Below are positions 40,069-52,109 of a stretch of DNA of 64,000 nucleotides, piece after piece. The notes beneath the pieces are model-generated. The model searched no databases. It worked only from the letters and a program-made list of their open reading frames with translations, and was not told the DNA's origin. Each line of letters starts with the position of its first letter. The first letter of the stretch is position 1. The position numbers were made by a program, and so were the translations under genes. Source of the DNA: Chrysomallon squamiferum (Eukaryota > Animalia > Mollusca); contig CM022677.1 in NCBI GenBank assembly GCA_012295275.1, forward strand, positions 13,950,001 through 14,014,000. Direction: 5' to 3'.

Positions 40069-40870
40069 ATGGAGATGAACATACTGAATTATCAAGTGGG
40101 AAAGACAAGATATAAATATTCATAAATAAAGAGAATGTGATGTTTATTAATACAGATAGATACATAGAAAGATAGACAGATAGCTGTGAACTGTTATTAC
40201 TACACTATTACATACTATATAATAACTCACAATGACCTTTCAACATGGCTGCAGTGTCAGAAGTTGACTGTTTCCTTTATCTGCGAGAATGGCTAGACAG
40301 CACATCATATTACCCAGCATTCCTAGAGGGAGATAAACAAACAAATAAATGATATGACAAATTTCAATAAATAAGAACCATATAAATGTTAAAATAAAAA
40401 TAACTATAACTGTTTACCAGGATGTCCTCCAAGTGCTGTCAGTTTAATCAGAAAGATAATGAGTTTCCACCAGTATTCAGGCTCTTTAACTCAGAGTTGT
40501 GTCCCTTGGTGGTACAGACAAAGACTAAGTGCACCGTCAGTTTCAATCTTAAATTTAAATAAAACAGGCCTGAGTATTCTGTACAAAACATTTAAACATA
40601 TAAACTGATAACCAAATACACATACTATTATCTTAATAGTAGCAATTATAACTATTGCTGATACACACATGCACTCACTCATACACACACACATGGTTCT
40701 ATCCCATCTTGTGGAAGTCATAAATAAATCACTAATCCCATTCACTGTACTCAAATAAGACAGTGGACTAGGCCACAGGGTTGAGTGTCGTCCCATCCTG
40801 TCAAATCCCATGTACCGGCCACAGAGGAGTAACAAAACAAATTGAATTTGCGTATTTGTGTATTTAATAT

Positions 40871-41060
40871 TCAAGCACTATATTCAGAGATAGTATTATT
40901 CAAAGTTCAAGCACTATATTCAGAGATAGTATTATTCAAAGTTCAAGCACTATATTCAGAGATAGTATTATTCAAAGTTCAAGCACTATATTCAGAGATA
41001 GTATTATCCAAAGTTCAAGCACTATATTCAGAGATAGTATTATTCAAAGTTCAAGCACTA
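40871..41060. repeat. 36-bp minisatellite, ~5 copies
   Basis: TCAAGCACTATATTCAGAGATAGTATTATTCAAAGT repeated almost perfectly. Confidence 0.97.
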
Positions 41061-41099
41061 AATTCAGGGATACCTTGTTCAGATACACTATGATCAACT

Positions 41100-41240
41100 C
41101 AGTTACAACTGCACAATGTAAAACTGGTTCCACAAACCAGGGCAAGAGGAGAATGTCCCGTCCATGTAGATTGTCTCAGCTGTCTGTAGATCTCTTAGCT
41201 GATCATCAGTTGAGAACTCCAACATTTTGTCAGAAAAAAG
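41100..41240 (-). mobile_element. MULE (Mutator-like) transposase relic 1
   Basis: FSTDDQLRDLQTAETIYMDGTFSSCPGLWNQFYIV is the MULE first-Asp motif (DGTF...P..F.QL). Confidence 0.8.
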
Positions 41241-41342
41241 TAAAAACAAAAAGAAGAAAACATATAATAATGAGAAATTTGTCAAATCTAAATAGTTAGA
41301 AAATGAAATACACGTGTGTGTTTGTGCGTGTAAGATATATAA

Positions 41343-41391
<49 letters not shown>

Positions 41392-41639
41392 ATAAGTTAT
41401 AATAATATACAAATCTAAATTAACCATCGACAGTAAGTGTTTGGTTGTTAACTTTTCCATCATTCAGATGAAAAGCAGTCATCTTTGGATGATTGAAAAC
41501 AGCAGACAAAAACTGAGTACACGATTTAGTGATCCCAGCAGTTTATTCCCGATTCTGGCAGTGAGATTATAATACATCTTAATTGGACACGCCAGTTGTT
41601 CCATTTCTGGTATTTAATTTCTCACCCTTACTAATTGGT

Positions 41640-42620
41640 GTTCAGTCACCTTAATTGATGTACTTTTGTCCACAATTTGTAGGACAATCAGTCAGACTCT
41701 ACACAAGAAATGTCCCAGAAAACACTCCACTGCGAGCTGACAAGTAGGAAGCCGTGTCCCGGGTACAACATTATTATCACTATTGATCCAAGCTGGAAGA
41801 GCTTGTGCTTGTCTTCTTCAGTGCGGCAGGACTTCCTTGGTTTCTGTCCACCTTCCAGCTGCAGCAGATGGGCTTCCTTGTTGGCATTCTCTGACTCGAT
41901 CACAGTTTTAGGTTCAACAGAAAAATTCTGGCACACACACACACATGGATTAGGTGACAATGAATCACATGCAGCTGGTAAAAGATCTTCCAACAGATCT
42001 TGAATGTTCCATCCATTGATGTAGTCTCAGACTCGCAAAGTCTCCTAAAATCAGCACCAGTACCAAACACGATGATTCTACTCTCCACCTGCACGTCATC
42101 CACAAGGACAAAATCAGATCCCAACTGTCTTGGTCCACTCACCTTCCAGGTGTAAATCCATGGCTGCCTTTGGAGTTTGCAGGCTTTTCCGCTCTCTGTC
42201 AGTACAAGCAGGATTTGATGCCCTCAAACATACTCAGCTTGGAAGTTATGTCCTGTGGTGTTGCGTCTCCATACTTGGTCAACAACTTTTCCTCTCTTCT
42301 TCATATATCTTTGGGATACTGGTCAGCTCCTCCCATGCTTGCTTCCGCATGGTGTTGGTCAGTAGGTGGACAGCAATGTCACTCTCATCCGAGGAATGGA
42401 TGTGGTCTTTACCTCTCCCGACCACAGTCCCATCCGGTGTAGTAGTCACAGTGGCAAGGCACCTCGAATACAAACATCTCCATGACATTCTTGTTATTAA
42501 TCCACCGTGCATACCTATATCCACTGATCTTGTTAAAATTGGTAATGTTTCCTGTCTCCAAATTTAACTGAGATACAACATTAATTTCATGTCTCCAAAC
42601 ATTAATTTTCTTGCAATCTC
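41640..42620 (-). mobile_element. FLYWCH-MULE transposase relic 2, internally deleted
   Basis: FLYWCH-like SWRCLYSRCLATVTT...KDHIHS, then IKSCLY...LEGEWTKT, then RIIVFGT...SMDGTFKIC..IFYQLHVIH, then a jump to a C-terminal-like segment. Stops and frameshifts are present. Confidence 0.82.
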
Positions 42621-42703
42621 TATTCCGGCTCACCTCTGCTCTTCACTAGTAGTAAATACAACAAGAAGAGGTAGTAAATAACTGGAGCCACCACAGTGGT
42701 AGC

Positions 42704-42752
<49 letters not shown>

Positions 42753-43119
42753 CACGTAGTAGATGAAATAATGGTAGTAAAAATAACATAATTAACATAT
42801 GAAACAGTAGAAATAGCAATATAGAAGGAGCAGAAGTAGCAATATTAATAACTAATTGATACTGCTGGAGAATTACATATACTACTACTACTAATAATAA
42901 TAACAATAACAATAACAATAATAATATTAATAATAATAATAATACTGACAAGAAGAAGAAGAAGAAGAAGAAGAAGAAGAAAACGAAGAAGATGAAGAAG
43001 AAGAGAAAATAAGAATTTATTTTTCACATATATATGTATACATATATAAATATAAAAATAATTTCTTTGTTATTGGATATTATTATTATTATTATTACCA
43101 CTATTATTATTATTATCAT

Positions 43120-43154
<35 letters not shown>

Positions 43155-43879
43155 TTATTATTATTATTATTATTATTGTTATAAAAGATTTTATAACAGT
43201 TATAATTAAGATTACTCACAGCACTCTCAGTGTCTGTTTTATCGGTGTTGGTGCTAAGGAAGATCACTGTTGTTAGAACACATTGCCAAACACACAGCTC
43301 AGAAAGCCTGGATTCCAAGACTGTTTCCTGATAAGTTCTAAACCTAGTTAAAAAATAAGTAAATAAACAAAAATAAAGGTGTTAATAATGAATGAAAATA
43401 TAGAATACTAAAATATTCAGTAGGTTGTAATATTAAATAAAATAATAAAAAGATTAATAATATTATATATCCAATATTATGTAATTCAGTATGATTATAT
43501 TTTAAATAAATAAAAAATAATAAGAAAATTAATAAATATAAAAATAAATGATACATACATACATACATACAATGGATAGATACATAGAAGATAGATAGAA
43601 AGATTAAAAATAAATAAAACAAAAATAATCAACTGTCTACTAAAACTTGTTTTAAGAGCATTTTTATAAATTAAAATTATAAATAAATTTAGAATTATTT
43701 AAAAAACTGATTCTTAAGCTATTTATATTCAGAATTATCCAAAGAGAACTTAAAGAAAGATTATATATAATATTTTCTCTCTTTGTTATACTTCAAAAAA
43801 TATTACAACTTTGACAGTAATTGTTAAAAATCATAATGAAAAGAAACAGAGAAAAAAGAAAGAAACTTGCTAATTAGAA

Positions 43880-44200
43880 ACAAATAAGAAATGATATAAA
43901 GACACAGACTGACATACAGAAGGACAAACAGATAAGTATATAGTAAGTGCAGACATAGGTATATAGACAGATTCTCAGAAAGAAATACACACAGACAAAC
44001 ATATAAGTATATAGTAAGTACAGACATAGGTATATAGACAGATTCTCAGAAAGAAATACACACAAACATATAAATATATAGTAAGTACAGACATATGTAT
44101 ATAGACAGATTCTCAGAAAGAAATACAGACAAACATATAAGTATATAGTAAGTACAGACATAGGTATATAGACAGATTCTCAGAAAGACAAACATTTTTA
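43880..44200. repeat. ~66-70-bp minisatellite, 4 copies
   Basis: AAGTATATAGTAAGTACAGACATAGGTATATAGACAGATTCTCAGAAAGAAATAC repeated. Confidence 0.92.
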
Positions 44201-45458
44201 TCTGAACATTTTCAAGGAAAGAAATAAACACAGACAAACAGATAAGCAAAGAGAGATAGAAATAAATAAATAGGGAGACAGACAGAAAGAGAAATAGACA
44301 GATAGACTAATACATATTTACAGACAGATTTACCTGAATATTTTTAAAGGTTTTAAAACCTGACTAGGTGGTAAAGCTTGTGGCAATTTAAGTCTTGGTC
44401 TGGCTGCTTTCAACAAAAACTCCAGTTTCACAAGAAGATTAGTCAGTCAAGTCAAACTTTTTCTGCGTATGTGGATACATATCTTCCATGCTGTCACCCT
44501 TACTGAAAGAAAGTTTTGAAACTAATTTCTTTTCTTTTGTCAGAGTTGTTTCAGCAGTTTGTTCACTTTCTTTCTTAGACATTATTTTTACTGAAATACC
44601 TCTCTTAATGGGTGGTGATGTTTCTGGTTTCTTTTCTAGTGTGTCTGGATGTTTCTTGGCACACAGTTTGAGTTTTTAGTGTTTGGTGTGCTGATGTCAG
44701 TTTGTCTCAGGTCTAATGGTGATACTGATGCTGTTGGTGCTGACTGCTGTTGGTGCTGACTGCTGTTTAATTTTCAGTGATGTGAAACCCATGTCAGTTC
44801 TGTGGAAATAACAAAAGAGAGAGAGAAAAACAAAATATATATATATGTAAAACCAGAAACATGACGAAGAACTATAATAATAAAAATAATTATAACTAGC
44901 TTGTAAAAATAATAATAATAACAATAATAATAATAATAAACAAATAATAAAATAAAATAATTTGAATTATTAGAATGTAGAAAAATAACTAGAAAGATGA
45001 AGATGCAGTTAAGAGATTGAAAATATTAATAATATAAATAAATAAAATAAAAAAATAAATAAATAAATTAGTAAATCAAAATTTAAATTAAAATTATAAT
45101 AATAAAATAAATACATACACATAAATACAATAATAATAATAAAAAAATAATTCGAATTCTTCAAATAAAATGAGCAGGATAACAAAATTCAAAACATGGG
45201 CCTTACAACATTTTCAACTGAAGTGCTGGCTGAGGCAGCTTGAATTGGTTGTCTAGGATCCTACAACAAAATATAATATTCATTAATAAACTAAACATAA
45301 AATGTAGCATTTTACATTATTGAAATAGTTGTAAATTCTGTAAATAAAATATTGAAATAAATTCAACGTATTTGTTTATTGTTTAATTATTCTATAATAT
45401 AAGATAAAAGTGTAATGTGTGTGTTTTTGTGAGTTTTTGTTATTCATTAAGTTATTAC

Positions 45459-45610
45459 CCTTTCACAATGTTAAGGTCTAGAATCCATGTTTTGATGATC
45501 TTTTTGTAAAAGTTCTTTTCAACAAAAGGATCAACACCTTTTGGATCCAGCATGTTCATCATTCTGATGAGATGTTCTTCAGGATGAAAGTTAAGTAGCA
45601 ACAAAAGTTT
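45459..45610 (-). pseudogene. LRMP/KASH5-type N-terminal EF-hand-like exon
   Basis: AG/GT-bounded open exon ...HPEEHLIRMMNMLDPKGVDPFVEKNFYKKIIKTWILD resembles the KASH5/fish LRMP motif L..LDP.G....VD...F...MR.WI. Confidence 0.65.
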
Positions 45611-46502
45611 CTGTATTAGGAAAGGAAAGAGGTGTACAAGAATTAAATAAAAATATTGATAACTAAGACAGTATATTTACATTGTAAAAAGAAGCTTTAC
45701 AGCATCTTAACAAAATATTAAAGCAACTGGTCTGGAAAAGTACATTATCTTTGTTGATTTAATAAACAGTTACTTCAAGCTGGTTACTAATGAAACTGCT
45801 AAAACAGACCAAATCGAAAGTAAAGAAAAAATATTTTATTTAAGAACATATACAGCAAGTTTTTTTACTAGATTTAATAAAAAAAGGTAACTACCTACAC
45901 AGAAAATGAAAAAGAAACCCTGTTTCTGCAATATAAAGTGACACCCTTTTAAACAAGCAACTAAACATATTTTTCTAATGTACGTCTTTGCACAGAAAAA
46001 AACAAACACATATACCATAATGTTATACATATATTATACACGGATAATCAGCTAGATTGTTAAATAACCTTATACCAGTCTGTGTAGCAGATCCACATGT
46101 TGCAGATCAGGCACCATAAACATAAGCACTAAAAAAATTGTTTTGTATAAATGGAATAAAAATATACATTATAACTTTAGAAATGTGCTGTTTAATGGTT
46201 CAATAAACCTAATGTAATTCATTGGCCTTAAAGTTCCACCAAATCATTAACAACAGAATTTTAGAGAAATCATTAAATAAATATTTTATTATTTGAGTCA
46301 TTCTTCACTTCTTAGGCTGAGAAGTAATTTTATTCCTCAGATTATTTAGTGACAACAGCTTTACTCACAATCCAGAGATTGTTATTTATTGTTATCTTAA
46401 AACAGATGCATAAATGCCTCACAGGAAATAACATACCCACCTGTCTGTAATAATTTGTTTAAAAGAAAATTACATATATTTGATTTAATTATTGCTAGTT
46501 AC

Positions 46503-46695
46503 CTGGAAATAAAACATTTGTTTCACATGTTTCTTGAAGATTCCTCCTGTCATCTGTCCCTCAGTCTTTGCCTCCATTCTTCGGTGTGCAGTATTTGTGC
46601 CTGTTCTTATCTCAAATCTTATTCTAGTGCCTCTACCACATGTTTCACTACAACTACCCAGTCTCTGAAGTGACATGCAGACCAGAAACCATCAT
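46503..46695 (-). pseudogene. Degenerate thrombospondin type-1 (TSP1) repeat exon
   Basis: DGFWS...W..GSCSETCGRGTRIR..R.....NGGKD between AG and GT sites, with frameshifts. Confidence 0.7.
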
Positions 46696-48429
46696 CTGTA
46701 AGTGTGAAATTAAATAAATAAATTAATAAATAATAAACAAATAAATAAATAAATAAATAAATAAATTAAAAATGACAATTAAATACTTTTTGATTGTGCT
46801 TGAAATCTAGTTCTAAAATGATTTTCTTTCATGTAGAAGTTGAATGTCAGATTAACTTGTCTGCTCAAAGCTTTGTGAGTTTTTTTCAGTTTTTCTGCCA
46901 GTACAGAATAGTCTGCTGCTGTCAATACATGAGTTGGTGAGGATCTAATTCCAAGATATATTAATATCTTTAACACAGGTTATTGATCAGATATGCAAAA
47001 TTAAATATGAATTAATGTTATACTGATCATGTTATAAGGCAGATAAAAATCATTTATATCTCAAAGTATTTGTTTAACAAATATAAATTGTTTGACAAGA
47101 TAAAATCATATTATAAAATTAATTTTTAAAATCTCTAATAATGCTTGCAGGAGGCACTGGATTGGAAAATGGATGAAAAACAAATAAAAAAAAAAAAAAG
47201 AAATGCATAGCTTAATTTATGTGTTTGTTGTTATGTGTGTTTTTGTATGCAAATGTGTACACCAACACATACACACACCAATGTAAACACAAACCATGGA
47301 TTCATATATATTTTATTTATACTCATCAATATTCAGTCCAAGTTCAGCAGCTTACCTCAATCACACAGTGTGTGAGTGCATGCATGAATGTGTATGTATG
47401 TGTATGCACAGATAGCTATCAATAATTGCAATATACGTTTGCAAGATAAGTTTCTATATTTTCAGTCAGTAAAGAAAAACAATATTACTTTTTTTAATAT
47501 TTAATTACCAGTTTAATCTTAAAAGCCCCTAGTGCTTGTACAAACTTCAGCCTGTGTTTATCAGTAGCTCCACCCAAACGCGGGTGACTAAGGCACGGGG
47601 GTGAATAGGATAAAACAAGAAAAGCACCCCTAAAAGCAAACTGAAAAGAAGACAAAATGGATTTCACAAGCATATCACATAAAAAGAACAAGTTACATGA
47701 TAAAAAAGCCTTTAAGCTATTGCATTTTTTTTTTCTCAAATTCAGACCAAATTAAATTAAAACTAAAAAAAAAAAAAAATTAAAGATCTAAGAAAACAAA
47801 GCAAAAAACAACAAATCAAACAACAAAAAAGAAATTGTAAAACCCATGAAAATAAATAAATAAATACTGAACTACAAATTATTAAAATGTGTATTTAATT
47901 GCAAAGATAGGAACCAAAAGCACATTTTTAATAAAATGAAGTGAACCTATAATTTCTTTTACACTTAAATCACCATCCAGTCAGTTTTTTATTTTTAAAA
48001 TAAGAGCTCCATAATTGTTAAAAGAAAAAAACACACACAGTCATATACAATAATAATAATAATAATAATAATAGTAATAATAATAATAATAATAATAAAA
48101 CTAATGATAATAATAAAAAATTAATTATAACAGTTAAAAGGAAGAAACATTTTTAACTTTGCAATATAACCAACTAAGAAATGAAAATAAAAAAACACTA
48201 AATAAAATAATTTGTGTATGTTTTGTATATTTAAGTGTGTATGTGTATGTGTGCGTGTTGAAGTAAATAGAGACACATAATTAACATTGAATTATAAATA
48301 CAACTGCACACATTAAACTTTCAGAACCAGGACAAACAACAACAAACCACCTATAAAAAAAATAACCATGGAAGACATAAAAACCACTAACTCAAATGAT
48401 TCAGAAATGAAAATTAGGATTTTCAAAAT

Positions 48430-49330
48430 ACAGCAGGTTAAAAAGGCCAAATCTGATTTTAAAAAAAGAAAAGGTTGACCAGAAGCAAAAGGCGATAAAT
48501 AAAAAAACAATATAAATCACCAACAAACTCTCAGACAAAACCCTGAATGGAAAATAATAAAAAAGTGGTCATTCTGGTATCCTTACAAACAAACATATAT
48601 ACCACAGCATACAAATACAGAAGAAAACCAATCTCAAAACAGAAAAAAAAATGAGATATCTTGACTAGGCAAAAATTTCCTCAATCAGCAAAACAGCAGA
48701 AATCATAACAAAAAGTGACAACCGAAGGAAAATTTATTTACAGATGAACACAAAACTCTTAAAGACTTTTGGTCCCAGTGTAAACATCTGGCATCAACAT
48801 TTTCTTACTGGAAATTACCTTCACTAATCCTGAAACTCTGAATCAGCAAAATAGTAAAACAGTTTGATCATCAACAACAATAACAACACAAAGCCAAATG
48901 AGTGAAAAAAAAACAAGACAACAATTAAAACATACCTTTCACAACAGTCCAGTTTTTAAACAACAGTCAGTCATATTGAAATGGAGAACAGAGTTGGTGA
49001 ATATTAAATAGTAAACAAATAAAATAAAAAATAGTTACACCTTTCATCATCAAAACAAACTCATTTTAGTAACAAACTACATAACAACTATACCAAACTC
49101 AGAATCAGCTACTGCACCAATCTAAACACAATCAAATTCAAACACAAAATAAACACAACACCAAACTGTAGATGTGGAATTTCTGAAACCATGAAACATT
49201 ACTTATTTCTCTGTTCACATTCTGTCCTAATGCTCCATTACTTTTTCAATGAATTAAAAATTGAATTTACACTTAAAAACATCTGGCTTGCAACAGTGAA
49301 AAACTTTAATTCAAACAAATAAATAGATAC
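48430..49330 (+). mobile_element. LINE 3' relic (possible RNase H remnant plus C-terminal CCHC motif)
   Basis: TKLRISYCTNLNTIKFKHKINTTPNCRCGISETMKHYLFLCSH at ~49090-49220, with a GHSGI-like remnant at ~48567 and an A-rich tail. Confidence 0.65.
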
Positions 49331-51024
49331 AAATGGTTGATTAAATAAATTCTAAAACATAATATAAAATAACAAATTCAAAAATAAATAGAATACAGAG
49401 TAACAAAGAAAACAAAAAGCAAATACATCAACACAAAATAATTATATAAATTAATTAATTAACAGATCAACTGACTCACCAGCTGATAGATTTGCTGACA
49501 GTTTCAGAACATATTTTAAAAATTCCACATTTTCTTGGCACAAGGAAGTAAACTGGTTCTGGCTGGAGAGGGCTGTTTGGAATGTGAAGTTTCTATCCAA
49601 AGTTACAAAAAAAATTGCAGATTGTAGCAGGAAATGAACTGGGAAGATGTTGACAAACATGGGTTATATCAGCTGCAGAAATTACAATTTTAAACTTCTC
49701 TATCAAATTGTTACAAATTTTCTTTCTTCTTCCACAATGTGTAGATGCTCAAAATCCTCTCAAAACACTCTCATTTTCTCTTCTGCCTGAAGACTGGCAG
49801 TTTGCTTTATCTTCTCACTGTTTGCACTGCCAGCAGAGATCTGTTTTGGAACAATAAAAGTAACACAAATGTTTCACAGATTGATAAATGATGACCTAAA
49901 AAGGATTAAAAATCAGTGTCAGTGACATTAAACTGACAAGACAAACTGAAGAAGACAGCTTTTTCTAAAAAATAAAACTGTAAACAAAATTTAAAATAAC
50001 AAACAAAAACATACTGCAATATAAAATCAGTTAATCTAAGAATTCATTGAATATCCTTAAAATTATATTTACTCATTTAAATATGTTTCAGACCAGATTC
50101 CAGTAAATATCACTTAATCTGTTACAAAAATTACACGTTATTCAAATACATTTTTACCCTGTGTAAGAGCAGTCTGTTGATACTCCCTCCAAAGAGAAGA
50201 TTTAGTCTCACATGCAGACAGTATTTTTAAATTACTCCCTTTGAATCCTGCAACTGACTCAGACAAAATTAGTCATATTCTTGAGGAAAATGCAAACTAT
50301 CCTTTCTCTGTCTTCACATGTAAAAGTGTGTGAATTAATTTTCTTCTGCCAGATTTCTTTTCTCTCTTGGAGTTACCCCATTCAGTCTGCAATGTTCAAT
50401 AAAGCTGTGAGTTTGTTCTGAGTAATGCTGTAAAAAAACAATAAAAGATATAAGCAGACACCTATAAACCCACCACAAACACAGACATACACACACACAG
50501 ACAGACATACACAAACACACTGACACACACACACACACAACACACACACAGACACACACACACACACATTCAAATGTACCCTATAAAAATGAAGGAGAAA
50601 TTACAAATTACCTGCTGCTTAAATAGAAAAAATACTAATGAAATTCCCATACAAGTTCTCTCTGCTTTGTTCATTGAAATCTTTTGTAGACTTCTCTGCT
50701 GCAAAACAAAACAAAATCTAATTTCTTATAACACTGACACAATGGTAAATTATTTGCAATAACTGTCCTAATCCAGATGAAAAAAAATATATATAAAAAT
50801 CATTTTAATGAGTCTTGTTTATCCAGATAAAATATATTACAATAGATTTAACATTTAAAATGTTTTGATTTCCAAATTTAATTCTATAATCTCTAACATG
50901 AATAAATAATATTATTCCAGAAGAACTTACTTTTTTTAATCTTATGAATATCTATGACATTTTCAACTTGAGACAAATATCATGTCTTTCAAGCTGATGA
51001 TTATTCACGTTATGTCACTAAGTA

Positions 51025-51980
51025 CAAGGCTCGAAATTAAAAAACAATAATTATGGGTTAGTCGCCCAAAAAATATGTTTTCTCTTTTTTCTGTAAGTTA
51101 TAACACAAGAGCCGCTATTAATAATTTTATCGCAGATACTTTTTTCACATACAAGGTTTGCTCATAGTTCCATAAATTGGACGTATAGGCTTACCTTAAT
51201 TTCCCAACATCTACAATGAAATATGAAAATTCTTTATTAACTAAAATAGCCATAACAAATTTCGACCTTCCCAAATAATAATAATAATAATAATAATGTT
51301 ATACACCTGGATTTTTCAAAAGAAATACAAATTAAAGCAACGTGAAATGACGACAGTGAGTAAAGTTTAGCGCGTGACAAAAACACGAAAATCAATAACG
51401 TTTCTCTACAAAATAAGCAGGGATTGAACTTTTCTTTTTAGTACTGTTTAATTTAATTTTTATTTTTATTTATTTTTTATTCTGGGTAAGTAACCCTTCT
51501 GGAATTGAAAAGGAAAAACAGTAGCAAATACAAGGTTAAAGAGTTATCTCCCAAGATAACTTGTTCCGTTAACCAACCGATAATTATTTAACTTAACGGT
51601 CTAAAAGTTCGTTAGATTTGTTGGCTGTCTTCAGTTTAGCCAATTAATGCTTGAATTGAAAAGGAAAAACAATAGCAAACACTTGCTTATAGAGTTATCT
51701 CCTATGATAACTTGCTCCGTTAACCAACCGATAATTTTTTAAGGTATGGGTTCGAAATGTTCTCTGGTTTCACTTTAGCATTAGTGTCTATAAATAGATG
51801 TCGGCAAATAAGATAAGCCGATACACCAACTTATGGAATTATGGGCAATCCTTTTATGTGAATTAAATATTTGCGATAAAATTTTTGGGCGATAAACCCA
51901 TACTTTTTTTAACACCCTAGTCGCCTAAACGGAACTTTTCTCGCATTTGGTGACCTGTCGATTGGTCATTTCGAGCCCTG
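51025..51980. mobile_element. hAT-like non-autonomous element with TIRs and subterminal inverted arms
   Basis: Ends CAAGGCTCGAAAT and ATTTCGAGCCCTG. 51052-51180 is an inverted match to 51826-51901. Confidence 0.7.
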
Positions 51981-52109
51981 CATTAGCATGGACCAATGAT
52001 TTAAAAATAAAATAAAAATAGGAATCTGATTGTTTTCATACATAATAGTACATATTTTAGAATTTGAATGCTTTTTGTTTTAACGAAAAGAGTGAAAACT
52101 TAATTTGAA

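Larger units (their letters stand above)
38900..51250 (-). pseudogene. Chain of minus-strand exon-like segments with no continuous ORF (degenerate or chimeric locus)
   Basis: GC-richer islands with donor- and acceptor-like ends at ~39135-39220, 39897-39985, 40237-40322, 40418-40548, 44333-44799, 45205-45260, 45459-45610, 46503-46695, 49480-49675, 49685-49840, 50612-50697 and ~51194-51209. Most contain stops. Confidence 0.5.

Noticed and set aside
40842-41093. ORF of QALYSEIVLFKV repeats
   Set aside because: It is an in-frame by-product of the 36-bp minisatellite, with no start or splice context.
51795-51850. GTCGGCAAATAAGAT resembling a 28S rRNA stretch
   Set aside because: The match is too short, lies in a MITE interior, and has no flanking rRNA similarity.
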